DNA of 63,147 nucleotides, counting the filler, from Octopus bimaculoides (taxonomy: Eukaryota): NCBI RefSeq assembly GCF_001194135.2. It is 5 parts of 5 records of this genome, joined end to end, with 100 filler letters (N's around TTAATTAATTAA, not from the genome) between each part and the next. Parts side by side here need not be neighbours in the genome. Positions count along the whole stretch, not along the records: positions 31,311 to 54,218 come from NC_068994.1; 4 more parts are not named here. One strand, 5' to 3'. The stretch's first letter is position 1. Every line of letters begins with the position of its first letter. Positions 37,383 through 51,938 of this stretch are shown here, piece by piece. The notes under the pieces are model-generated. The model made no database searches. It was not told where the DNA came from and saw only the letters and a program-made list of their open reading frames with translations. A program made the translations under genes and the position numbers.

Positions 37383-39330
37383 TGGAATACCGTATTGATG
37401 AAGGAAATTGAGTATCACTCATAATCCAGTAACACGTCTACAGTTAACCTTCGGAATGGTTAGTTTTCAGTGTTTTTTCTTCTTGTTTTTTGCCTTTGTG
37501 AGTTACAAGTGATGCTATCTGTGGGATTCTCAGCTTTTTTAGCTGCTATTTCTGAACTTCGGTATATGGTGAAGCAAATATTTGCTGATCCCTTAATTAT
37601 GTTTATAAATATATATGAGCTTTTAAATAAATTCTCCACCAATAATGGTGCTTACATACCGATGGGCTTGGTAAAAATTATTAATTATTAATTGATTTAT
37701 TAATTAATAAATTGATAATCCTTTACCCTTTTAATTTGTAATATATATATGTATATGTATGTATCTATGTATGTATGCGTGTGTATATGTGTACTGATTG
37801 CACAATCTCATATTCTTCATATTAAATCTTTCTTAAAATATCCACACATAAAATTAGGTTAGAGCAGAGAAATATCTCTTTCATTAACCTTTCATATGTG
37901 ATATACTGTAGTCAGCATTGCGATTAATCAACAAATATCTGACAATATTTATCTTCTTTACGAAAGTACTTGTATAATAAGACTAATGTCGGAATATCTT
38001 TGTAATAAAACAAGATTTATCTAGTTTTATCAATGAAAAGTTGTTCCGTTCTTTAAAATTATATATCAAAACAACTATTTTTTTAGGGTAATCGAAAAGA
38101 CTTACCAGCTTTAGAAGTGAACACCATGAATAAAAAAGGAAAAGCGTTTCTACTTACCTAAAAATAAAAAATAAAAATAATAATTTAGACAGTGTTTAAA
38201 TAATCTTTAAAATATTTTCTTTTCCTTTAAGGCCTGAAATCAAAACAAATAAAGTGTTCAAGAAATAAATGTTTGTCCAGAACCTGAATCAATGGGAAAT
38301 ATATTTTTATACTTGAAATTATAGACATAAAAAGTACTGAATTGTAAATATGTAATTTAATATACATTTGTATGGAAAAATCATATAATACAAAACATGT
38401 TTGTGTGTGTATTGCCTAACAGCTTGACTCAACTCCACATTACTTTTAAGAGCGTGGAACATGTGCATAATATCAGATATTCGGTGTCAGGATGAGCCTA
38501 AGACCATAGGTTCATAGAATAAAGCAGTCATCTAACCCTTGTTCCTATCACCGTCCAAAATTTTTGACTATAATAAATACTGCCATTGAAGTTGGAAAAT
38601 TCTTTTGCAGAATGGATTTAATGATTTTGGTCTGGGATTAAATTAGGGAACTTTTCAACCCAGAATTCTATTGTTTCCAGCCCATAGTTATGCAGAGTAG
38701 TTGCATGGAGGTTTACTATACCAAATGACACAATAAGAGTGCTGCGTTTTTGTTAACATTTTCCGAGAGGTAATTTAATAGGACCAAGTCATTTCTTAAA
38801 AGATTTGGTATGTTTCTCAAAATGGGTTTCAGCAGCACAAAGTATCTGAGTTAATGCATTAAAGGTTCCATCCACTAAAATTCAAATTAATATCATTAAT
38901 GTACAAGTAAGTAATCCGTCGTTCTTTCTATCACATGCAACATTCACCGGATGAGCACGAACTGGATTTTTAGTACAAATATCACCTATGCTGTCAGTTC
39001 ATCTAATACGTGCACATAACGTACAATTGTTATCTATCCTGTCACATGACACATTCAGTAGATTAACATGAGTTTAACATTTTGTGCAAAATATAATTTA
39101 TATCTGATCTCTTGACCAGATTCAATTAACCAATTGTACCAAAGTTGAAGGTGATTTGAACAATAATCTCTTCATAAAATGGAGCAAAGATTCAAATTCT
39201 AGTTAGAGTCGAGACTAATGCGGTATTGTTTCATCTTCTTCCATGTCACACTGTTTTTCAAAACCACGAAATTGTGAAACCCGTACATAAACTTTTCAGA
39301 ATTCCAAATATATTTTCAACTTCCTTTCAT

Positions 39331-39373
<43 letters not shown>

Positions 39374-39504
39374 GTGTGTCTGTCTGTCTGTGTGTCTGTG
39401 TGTCTGTGTGTCTGTCTGTCTGTCTGTCTGCCTATAAATACATGCATACATACATGCATGCATGCATACATACATACATACATACATACATACATACATA
39501 CATA

Positions 39505-42500
39505 CCCGAAGCGACAAGTTGCGTATTTGGCGTGGGAAACTATTTATCGAAAATACAATGAATACTATCTCCAACTTTGGAGCCACAACTATGAGCCTTG
39601 TTTAAATAACTGGTTAATCTTCAGATGAATTAACTGAGGGAGCCTTTTATTCACGATTGTAGTCATTTTCGACTGAAACTTGAATGTTCCATACAGAGAG
39701 TTACTACAAACAACATGGCTGGACAAAACATCAACAAAAAATCGAGGAACAGAACGAAAAAAAAACAACAACTCAACGAATAAACAATTTCTTTCCAGCT
39801 GTAGTTATAGAAGAAGCCGTAACTATAAAACTCATTTCTCTTGGAGTTATGAATTGAATAATGTTCTATTTAACTGCTAAGAAAAAAGTGAAACAAAACC
39901 CTGCTGTTGACTATATGAAACAGTTGAAATCATATTGGAACGATCTGCATCCAGAATTAAATCATTTTACTGCGAAGCAACAACGTCAACAAACGACATT
40001 TGTAGAATATAGAAAGTAGGTTAGTAACTGTAACTTTATTAAGAAATCGAAAATTAACCTTCTTCCTAACTCTATAAACAAGAACGAAAACTTGAATGAC
40101 ATAAGACCACCACGTGGTTTCGCAGCTAGCGACATTCCAACAGATTCCATAGTGCCTTCCATCCAAACAACATTACTGGCTCAAGTAACTGACCAGTGTC
40201 TCCCTACTACGACTATAGTAAACAGCAGGCACAACCACAAAGATTATTGTAGTAGAATTAGTAGTCAGGGTTATATGCCTGTGAAATATGCCCTTACTGA
40301 AATTTTCCGAGAAAAAAAAACTTTGGCTTTGAAGGACTCTGTCTACGAACGTAAGTAAAAAGCCACAAGATACGGCATTAAAGCTGTTAACGAAATTGGT
40401 GATGAGTATTTACAACAGTGTAATGAACCCACATACCGGCAGATTAACGCCTGTCTATATGCTCTGGCTACTACTGTAAAACAGTACATGAATGATATTC
40501 AAAGGGTAAACAAAACCAAAACAACAAAGAAAGTAACATCTTGGGTTTAGAAGACAGAGAAAAAGATAACTGGTTTACGGAAGACCATCAGTCATGTGAT
40601 GGTGCTTATTGTATGCAAACAAGCAAATCACTATACGTCCCACCAACAGAAAGTAAAAAAGGAGACAGAAATGATGTTTGGAGACAGTAAAAAGAGGACA
40701 CTCACTTGCAAACTGATTATCCTCAAGCAAGGGCTAAAAACTGTCAGTGAAAAACTACGACATAAGAAGAGAATAACCAAGAGAACAATAAATTAAAAAT
40801 TTAATAGCAACCAGGCAGCAGTAGTATACAGAGACATGAGAGGAGGAGCAGTAAGCATCATGGAACCTCCTTCATGAGAAGATATAGATTTCTTCTGGAG
40901 GAAAATTTGGAGTGAAGAGAAGGAATTTAACCAAGATGCTCTGTGGCTGGAAGAAATCTGAAGAAGTTATTGCTCCTGCATTACATCCAAGACATACAAC
41001 ATTGATGGTGAAACTCTTGCAACTGTGATCCAGAAACTCCAGAATGGAAAAGCACTTGGAAAAGACTTGATTGTTGGATATTGGTACAAGAAGCTAACAT
41101 TCTACCGAGCATATCTTATCAATCTTACCAGCAAGCTTTTATTGGGAACGGTAGCATACCACACTGGTTAGCTCTGGCAGAGACAAAATTTATCCCCCAA
41201 TGCTGAACCACTCACATGGCAAAAAACTACCGGCCAATTGCATGCCAGAACTTAATGTATAAAATATATACAGCATGTTTAAACCTCTTCCTTCAGGACC
41301 ATTGTGAAATCAATAGCATTATCACAGCAGAACAACAGAACAAGCAGCTGGGAGGAAGGGAGTTTGGGGATGTACCAAACAATTGTTAACCAACAAAACT
41401 GTGATGTCAGAGGTGTAAGAGCATAAGAAGAACGTAGTTTCTATGTGACTAGACTACAAGAAAGCCTTTGACTCTATTCCCCACTCATGGATGCTAGAAG
41501 CCTTTCAAATTGCTAAAGTTCCTGTGAGAATACTCAGAGCCACCATCTTGAATTTTTACACAAAAAGTGAATGTATTACCACCGATAGAATACAGTATCG
41601 CAAAGGCATATTCCAAGGAGACAGCCTCTCTGTGATGTTGTTTATACTTTCTGTAAACACCTTGTCATTAATGTTAAGGAAGTCTGAAGGATATCTCACT
41701 GGTTCACAAGGAAATAGGAATACCAAATTGCACTGTTTCTTTGCGGATGAATTAAAACTTTTCGCAAAAAACATGCATGAGATAAAAAAGAGCCTTGACC
41801 TAGTTACAACATTCTCAAAGGATGTAGGATTGGAGTTTGATCAGGATAAATTTTATATAGTTGTGAAAAGGGGGGAAACTATAAACCAGACTAGTAACAT
41901 CTCCATTAATGATTCAACTGTTTCTCCTGTACCTGACGAGCAATGTTACAGGTATAGAGGGGCGGGTGAAAATATATCTTACAATGGCCCCTGTAACAAA
42001 ACACGTGTCACTAAAGAATATTACAACGGAATAAAGAAAATGTGGACGTCAGACCTCTCTGCATTCAATAAAACAGTGGCCCACAATGTGCTTGCAGTGC
42101 CAGTACTCATACCAACATTTGGGCTGCTTGATTGGACGCTTGATGAGAAACGAGCCATTGATGTGAAACCCCGAAAAATACTAACTAGCACACATAATTT
42201 CCACATAGACAGTGATGTAGACCGCCTCCACCTAAAGCGTAAACAAGGCGGCAAAGGCTTAACATCGAGCCAAAATGCCTTTGAATGTCGCATCATATCC
42301 CTTCCGCAACATCTTTTATCCACCAAGTGTCGAAGTGCATCCCTTGACCAAGTTTGCCTTCATGAGGTTGATAACATCATAAGACATGGAAGGCAGTTAC
42401 TTGAGCAACATTCTTTGTCTGATAACCTTGAATACATACCCAAAGAAGTCACACAACTCTACCGCAAAGTATCATCAGATGAAAAGGTGAGTCTATATGA

Positions 42501-43542
42501 GCAGAAGACTATGTTAGTAGAAAGCTCCGTGGTGATTGTAACAACGATCATCAAAGCAGTTTATCATGGACCAATAGCCGGATTACTACCTCTCACTTTG
42601 AAGGGTGTGCGTTTGCAATCCAGGAACAGGAAATATCAACCAAGTACTTGATGCATAAAGGGGATAGAGATGCAGGTAAAGCCGTAAAGTGTGACAACTG
42701 ATGCAGACTTTGTGGAGTTTACATTGAAGATATCGCCCATATCATAAGCAGTTGTCCGAAAATGTCATCACGGTATTATCTACCGATGAGACATGACATT
42801 ATAGCTAGGATGCTCTGTAATGAAATCTGTCGAAAGGATAATCCCGAGGACAAAGAAATAAGAACCTACAGTATGGTAGAAACCATAGCCACTCATAATA
42901 AAAAAGAATACTGGTGGAATGTACCAGCCAAGACCTCAATAAAATGTAAGCACTACAGACCTGATTTAATGATTTGGGATAGAGAAAAGAAGCTGTGCAC
43001 AGCTGTGAACATTAGCTGCCCAGTGGATGTTAACATAAAGTTGAAGATCAGTGAAAAAGAGAACACCTATGCTGAACTATTGAGAAATCTACAGGTACTC
43101 TATCCAGATTACAAGTTCAGGTTTATACCTGTAATTATTGGGGCCCTGGGATATGTTACACACTAATTCGAAGACTACAGATCGAATCCGTCACTGGAAT
43201 TGTAAAAATCTATAAAACTTTCCAGAAGTTTATCATTTAAATATATATGAGCATGTCTAGATATGCAACTATATGCATGAGAATACATACATAAAACATA
43301 CATAAAACATACAAATCTGCACATACATACATACATACATACATACATACATACATACATACACACATACATACACACATACATACACACATACATACAC
43401 ATACATACATATATACATACATACAAGCAAGCAAAAATACTCTGCTGTTGATGTTGAAATTCCAATGAATGAGCCTTGGATCTAGGTTAGAAACCGGTTC
43501 TCTCTCTATTGGCAAGAAATCTTGAAATAAATTGAATAATAA
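39505..43542 (+). mobile_element. Near-full-length R4/Dong-type non-LTR retrotransposon (RT, CCHC, restriction-like endonuclease), pseudogenised
   Basis: N-terminal YMKQLKSYWNDLHPELNHFTAKQ; KNYRPIAC; LDYKKAFDSIPHSW; GIFQGDSLS; degenerate catalytic FFADELKLF; VDRLHLKRKQGGKGL; CRLCGVYIEDIAHIISSC (CX2CX8HX4C, 42702-42755); RHD; RPDLMIWD...SCP.D....K..EK...Y...FIPVIIGALG. Many stops and frameshifts. Confidence 0.93.
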
Positions 43543-43664
43543 CATTCATACATGCATACATACATACATACATACATACATACATACATACATGCATGTA
43601 TGCATACATACACACATACATACATACATAAATGTAAATACATACATACATACATGCCACAGTC

Positions 43665-43775
43665 TTCTTGCAGTTTCCCTCTACCAAATCCTCTCAAAGG
43701 CTTTAGTCGGCAGAGGCTACAGTAGAAGACACTTGCTCAGGGTGTCAGTGAGTCTGAACCCAGAACCATGAGGTT
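43665..43775 (-). mobile_element. SINE family A head fragment
   Basis: CAGTTTCCCTCTACCAAATCC...TAGAAGACACTTGC...CTGAACCCAGAACCATG. Confidence 0.7.
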
Positions 43776-44251
43776 TAGGGGCTAAATTATACTTCGCCAA
43801 CAATTAAATCTAGGCAGTATTCCTGTTGCTAAACTGCAGAATACTGCAATATATCATTTTATATGATAGGTGACACCGCAAGTGCATGAACCTGTGTTTA
43901 TTCCAAATAATAAAGTCATTATATGTCAACAGAAATTACACAGAACGAAGTTATGTTTTTTACCATCATTTATCTATTTTCTATAGTTATTTTGTGTTGT
44001 CAGTTTCCAAAGGGCGATGTCAAAACAGAAAAACTGAAACAATTTTGGATATGTCTGTGCTCATACTTGTGCCGCCATATTTTACAAAATGACAGAAAAT
44101 ACGTAAAAAGAAAAAGTAGTACGTGAGAATTTCTTCCAAATATTTAGCCGATAAATCATGCATAGATAGGTGCACACATACATATATGCACACTTATATT
44201 CACATATATACATTTATATATATTGTACAGATATGTGTGTGTGTGTGTGTA

Positions 44252-44878
44252 CTAGCTGAATAGCCCGTCGTTGCCGGGCAGTTTTTACAATAGCATGTCT
44301 TCCCCGATAGATAGTGCAATTTTTCGCAAAAAAATATCGTTAAGGATTTTTTTTCCTTTTCAAATTATTTACTTGTCTGTTCGACCTTTTTACATGGCCT
44401 TATTCATTGAAACTTATTAATACTTCAGACGTTCTTACAATTTTGGTTGTTGTAATGCTTTGTTTTCGTTTATTTAATAAAAATTCTTCCTCGTAATGAT
44501 TTTACTTTCATTTTCTGATAGACAACTATCATGCAGAAAATGCCAGCTTACAAATTCTGTTTTCTGATTAGGGGAAATTGATTAAACTTTTAAAGTCAGT
44601 AACATTTTTCTGCAATGTTTCTAGAACAAATAAATAACAAAATCGAATTTAGCGTGGAGAATTATTTCAATATACCAAATTTGAAAATTTTGATGTAATT
44701 TTGAAATTTTACAATATGTGACAGCAGCAGGAAAGACCCTACAAAAATAGAGAGACAGACAGTTATAGGACATCACACACACACATACACACACAATCAC
44801 ACACATACACTCACTGAAACACGCACACACATTTACAAAAGTACGAACAGGTAATCACGAGTTTAAATTGTTGAATAG
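44252..44878 (-). mobile_element. Non-autonomous Helitron-like element
   Basis: Minus-strand 3' end CCCG-GCAACGA-CGGG hairpin, 8 nt, then CTAG followed by T. The 5' region carries a (TG)n/TGTC tract. The 5' boundary is approximate. Confidence 0.6.
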
Positions 44879-45017
44879 AACACATATGTATATATGTATG
44901 CATGCATGTATGTATGTATGTATGTATGTATGCATGTATGTATGTGTGTATGTATGTATATATGTATGTCTTATTTTTCATCCCTGAGGGATAAAAAATA
45001 AGACATACATACATACA

Positions 45018-45048
<31 letters not shown>

Positions 45049-45120
45049 GGGATGACCAGTTAAGTCGCCGACGATCCGACCATACGACAGGTTGTACTGG
45101 ATTACATGTTACCAGTAGCA

Positions 45121-48100
45121 CTCAAGAGTCACCTGACAAAAGGTAGGTTTCTTACCGTTGTCAGTATTTATGCACCAATAATGACGCATTCTGATGAAAC
45201 TAGGACAGTTTTATGACGATCTGGCACGATTATGGAGGAAAGTACCAATTTCTGACAAGCTGGTCATATTGAGAGATTTCAATGCAAGGGTTGGTAAGGA
45301 CTATGATTCATGATCTGTTTGTCATCAACACTCTGTTTGAGTAGAAAAGTAAATATAAAACCACCTGGATGCACCCAAGATCTAAGCACTGGTATCTCAT
45401 AGATTATATTCTGATCAGGAAACGTGATATGAAAGACGTTTCTAACGTTCGGGCCATGAGAGGGGAAGAGAGCTGAAGTGACCATCATTTAGTGCGTGGA
45501 AAAATAGATTTTTCGATAATGCCTAAAAATCGACAGTCTGGTCCTAAGATACCCAAAAAGTTAAATGTTGCAAACTTTAAATTATCAAGCAACTTGCAAA
45601 GATTCCACAATTCTGTAGAAAGTATTAATCTTGACCCAAACAATCTATGGGAAGATTTCAAAACAAAAGTATTTCAAGCTGTAAGTTCGTCAGGGTTAGG
45701 GTCTTAAATCCAGTGACTGGTTCTCAGAAGCATCAGCAGAAATTCATGATCTACTTTTAGAAAAACAAAACTTAGGCAATATACTTCTTTCTCAGTTCTT
45801 GAACCCTAACTCAAACGAAATTTACAGAAAGTTGAAAAGGAAAGTGCAGACCGCTCAAGGAAAATTAAACAGGAATGATAGAGCAAAAGGGGCACAAGAA
45901 GCAGCTGATAGAAATGATGCCATGGGTTTGTACTCTTACGTTAAGGAGCTATATGGCCCCAAATCTTCTTCAATAGCTCCACTGAGAACGGCAAATGGAC
46001 GTTTTCTTCTGACTGACACCGCTTCTATTCATAAGCGTTGGGTAGAACATTTTTCTGCACTCTTGAATAGACCATCATCCGTTGACATGAGGACGATAGA
46101 AAAGATGGAACACCTTCCAGTTATAGAAGAGATGGCATTTGAACCAACTCTAAATGACATTTATTTAGCTGTGAATAAGCTAAATAACAATAAGTCTCCT
46201 GGGTATGATGGAATCTGTGCAGAAGTCTTGAAATATGGGGGTGACAAAATGTTTGACTTCTTAAATATATTAATTTGTCACTGTTGGAGAACTGAAAAAG
46301 TGCCTCAAGACAGGATTGATGCCACTTTAGTCTTCTTATATAAAACGGGGCCAAAGGATCTATGTGGTAATTTTCGTAGGATTTCGCTTTTGTCTGTGGT
46401 TGGAAAGGTACTTGCCCGCATTTTGTTAGAACGTTTAAATACCTTTATAGTTCCAAATATAGTATCTGAGTCTCAGTGTGGTTTTCGTTCTTCCAAGGGA
46501 ACAGCTGATTGTATTTTTACTGTCAGACAATTACAAGAAAAGTGCATTGAACAGAATCTTGTTCTATACCTATGTTTTGTTGATTTGAGCAAAGCATTCG
46601 ATACTGTTAATCGAAATGCTCTGTGGCTAATTCTAAGGAAAATAGGTTGCCCAGAGAAATTTGTAAACATGGTCAGGGCTTTGCATCAAGATATGAAAGC
46701 TAGAGTTAATTTTGATGGTAGGTTCTCTGCATCTTTAGCTGTGAAAATGGACTAAAGCAAGAGGTTCTTGATGCGCCCACCCGCTCTGCAGAATACTTTG
46801 CTGTTATGTTTTAACATGCTTTTCAAAGCTCCGAGGAGGGTATTTACATAAAATATCGAACAACAGGGGATGTTTTTAATCTGACCAGACTGAAACTCAA
46901 AACGAAGGTTTTTACTTCCCTCATTAGGGAACGTTTATATGCTGACGATTGCGATCTTGTCAGTCATTCTGAAACAGGTCTGCAATCTCTTGTACCTGCA
47001 TTTGACTCAGCTTGTGATGATTTGGGCTTGACTATCAACTTGAAAAAAAAAAAACAATTGTAATGCATCAACCTGCGTGTGGTGCTGTTAGTAACCCCAC
47101 TAAAATCTTTGTTAAGGGAAAGTTACTTGAGGTTGTCCATTCGTTCGTCTACCTTGGAAGCTCTGTTGAAAATGATGGAAATCTTGATACAGAAATACAG
47201 CTGCGAATTCAAAGGGCAGCAAAAGCATTTGGTGGCTTGGAGTCACGCGTTTGGTGCCAGCGACATATACATAGAAATACAAAGCTGGATCTTTACAAAT
47301 CATTTGTTTTACCATCCCTGTTGTATTCCTGTGAAACTTGGACTTGTTATGAAAAGCATTTTAAAATGTTAGATAAATTCCATCAAAAATTCCTTCATCG
47401 CATTTTAAAAATTAAATGAAGTTCTTTTACTCCAAACAAAGATGTCCTTGCTTCTGCACACATCACCTCAATTAAAGCTATGATTTTTAGGAACCAATTG
47501 AGATGGTGTGGCCATATTGGTCGAATGGCAGATGAGCGCATGCCGAAACAGCTGTTTTATGGTGAGCATGAAGAGGGGAAACGCTATCGGCGTAAACCTA
47601 AAAAGAGGTTTAAGGACGCATAAGGACTACTATGAAGTCACTTGGAATGGTTCCAGAAGATATAGAAACCCTTGTTTCGGATCCAGTTGGATGGCAAACA
47701 AAGGTGTGGAGTAGAGTAAAAGAATTTGAAGAGGCCAGGATAACGCAAGTAAGACTCAAAAGAGATCTAAGGAAGAATGTAACGATCGAGAAGGTAAATG
47801 CTAATGACCTTTTTGTGTGCACAGTCTGTGACAGACCATACCTGTCTTTGGCTGGCCTCAAATCTCATCTGTGAACGCACGGAAAACGAACCTCCACCAA
47901 CTATTCTTACTATATGCCTGTGCACACCTCTCAATGTAGTGTATGCGAGAAGGCTTGCAAATCCAACGGAGGCCTCAAAAGACATGTTAAGAGCAGAACT
48001 TATCTGCGGCTATTGGTGGTCCAAATCAGAGGTGCAATCTATGTGGGTGTTTTTTCAGAACATTGTCTGGTTTTTAAAAGCCACATCAGACGTCATGATG

Positions 48101-48160
48101 GTGTTAACGTGTAGGTACAGGAGGTGGTCAAACTCTGTATAAGGAGTAGACAAACACCAT
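45121..48160 (+). mobile_element. RTE-clade LINE ORF (APE, RT, three C2H2 fingers), 5'-truncated and pseudogenised
   Basis: APE: LTVVSIYAP, DFNARVG, TWMHPRSKHWYLIDY, SDHHL. RT: KSPGYDGI, FRRISLLS, ESQCGFR, FVDLSKAFDTV, LYADD at 46935-46949, FVYLGS, LLYSCETW, QLRWCGHI.RM. Multiple stops and frameshifts. Confidence 0.95.
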
Positions 48161-48589
48161 GTATCTATGTACGTACGTATGTATATGTCTGTGCGTGTGT
48201 GTCTGTGTGTCTGTGTGAGTGTTTCTTTGCGATGGACAGCAGGAAAGCCACCTACCCGCTCTCTCTTTAAAGTTACGTATTTCTCGCACCCAACTTCCTT
48301 TCCATTCTTTGGTGTTTTAAAAGTTAGTTATGTGTATGTGCATGTGTATGTAGTGTGTGTGTATACATATATCTATGTATGTACGAAAGTATGTATGCAG
48401 CGTCATGTATATATCCGTGAATGACAGCTATATTAACGTTACTATCCCACTGCCACTCCATATTTGTCGCTTACACAGCATTGTTCTCCCCTTCCCTGAT
48501 ATTAGCCACACTCACTATGCCACCACATTTCACTCACACTAACACTCTTTGCACCCTTCTCATTTTATCAAATAGTACCGCCGCAAGTG

Positions 48590-48745
48590 GGGGGGGGGCC
48601 ATTATAGATTTTTATTGAAATCCAATTAGCCTATAATTCAACTGTGTGCTAGTTTAACATGTATGAAAAGTTTTGTCAAAATTGGTTCACTGGTGTAGGC
48701 ATCAAGATAGTAACAGACAAAAATTGCCATTCATGTATAAGATAT
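48590..48745 (-). mobile_element. Helitron-like non-autonomous element, 5' fragment
   Basis: Minus strand ATATATCTTATACATGAATGGCAATTTTTGTCTGTTAC...GAACCAATTTTGACAAAACTTT resembles the 5' ends of Lep1-like Helitrons (from memory). Confidence 0.45.
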
Positions 48746-48951
48746 ATGCGTGTGTACGTACTTACACATACATATGCACGTATCCATACATGGATACATA
48801 GATACATATGTATTTATATATAGAAATGTTCTAATTATAAATCTCACAGAGAGACTTAAGCAGCAGTGTTATGATAAAGCAGTTGTATACTGTCAACTTA
48901 ATGTGACAGCCCTAAGACACACATACACACACATAGATATGTATGTATCTG

Positions 48952-49051
<100 letters not shown>

Positions 49052-49943
49052 NNNNNNNNNNNNNNNNNNNNNNNNNNNNNNNNNNNNNNNNNNNNNNNNN
49101 NNNNNNNNNNNNNNNNNNNNNNNNNNNNNNNNNNNNNNNNNNNNNNNNNNNNNNNNNNNNNNNNNNNNNNNNNNNNNNNNNNNNNNNNNNNNNNNNNNNN
49201 NNNNNNNNNNNNNNNNNNNNNNNNNNNNNNNNNNNNNNNNNNNNNNNNNNNNNNNNNNNNNNNNNNNNNNNNNNNNNNNNNNNNNNNNNNNNNNNNNNNN
49301 NNNNNNNNNNNNNNNNNNNNNNNNNNNNNNNNNNNNNNNNNNNNNNNNNNNNNNNNNNNNNNNNNNNNNNNNNNNNNNNNNNNNNNNNNNNNNNNNNNNN
49401 NNNNNNNNNNNNNNNNNNNNNNNNNNNNNNNNNNNNNNNNNNNNNNNNNNNNNNNNNNNNNNNNNNNNNNNNNNNNNNNNNNNNNNNNNNNNNNNNNNNN
49501 NNNNNNNNNNNNNNNNNNNNNNNNNNNNNNNNNNNNNNNNNNNNNNNNNNNNNNNNNNNNNNNNNNNNNNNNNNNNNNNNNNNNNNNNNNNNNNNNNNNN
49601 NNNNNNNNNNNNNNNNNNNNNNNNNNNNNNNNNNNNNNNNNNNNNNNNNNNNNNNNNNNNNNNNNNNNNNNNNNNNNNNNNNNNNNNNNNNNNNNNNNNN
49701 NNNNNNNNNNNNNNNNNNNNNNNNNNNNNNNNNNNNNNNNNNNNNNNNNNNNNNNNNNNNNNNNNNNNNNNNNNNNNNNNNNNNNNNNNNNNNNNNNNNN
49801 NNNNNNNNNNNNNNNNNNNNNNNNNNNNNNNNNNNNNNNNNNNNNNNNNNNNNNNNNNNNNNNNNNNNNNNNNNNNNNNNNNNNNNNNNNNNNNTATATA
49901 TATATATATATGTATACATATATAGATACATACACACACACAC

Positions 49944-49994
<51 letters not shown>

Positions 49995-50194
49995 GAGAGA
50001 GAGATAGATAGATAGATAAATAAAAAGATATGTGTGTATGTGTGTATATATATTCACATATATGTGTGTTCTCATTTATGCATGCCTAGTTCTTTGTGTG
50101 AACGTATTCCTTTTGACTATGTATATGTAAATATACGTATGTATATATGTGCGTATATACACACACACAAAACACACACACACATACACACACG

Positions 50195-50231
<37 letters not shown>

Positions 50232-50778
50232 GTACACTCATACATACATGTAAGTGAACATGTGTTTTTGTGTATTTGTACATGTTTACTTACAAGCATA
50301 TTAGTGCGCCAGTGTGAGCTCACGCGCCTTTATGTGTCTACATTAATGTCTACATAATAACGAATATAAAAGAACGTAGTTTCTCTATGTTTAACTGTTC
50401 GGTTGCCTATTCTATTATTTTGGTTTTCTGCACTATTGATTTTGATATATCATTCATAATCAATACACACTTTTATTTGATAACATTTGGGCATGGAATG
50501 AAACAGGGTAAAATCGTATTAGCTGGAAAGAAATATTATGGCAACATTTTGGAAGATGCCTTGCAGCACTGGAATATGTGTAATGGAAGATTAGAAATTA
50601 GTCCTCAACTATTTGGTGTTTGGTTAATGCTGCAATTGTCAATAATGGAAATGCAGACTTCACTCGGAATATTTTACAATGCCGTTTTTTACTCCCTATT
50701 GTTATTCGTAATGATCTATTCCTCTTATTGCTGATAATGATGATAATGATAATAATAAACACTTCTAATAAAAGCTTC

Positions 50779-51840
<1,062 letters not shown>

Positions 51841-51938
51841 AATGTTGCAAGACGATAGGATAATGGAAAGAGAGTGAGAGAGAAAGTCACTCAAAGGGTG
51901 CAAGAGGAGAATTAGGAAGATGCTCGAAAAAGAATTAA

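Noticed and set aside
45799-46755. 318-aa RT ORF as an intact or domesticated gene (also the 386-aa ORF at 41491-42651)
   Set aside because: Both are stop-free stretches of decayed elements. The first breaks before YADD; the second has a degenerate catalytic motif (FADE) and loses frame before the CCHC and RLE domains.
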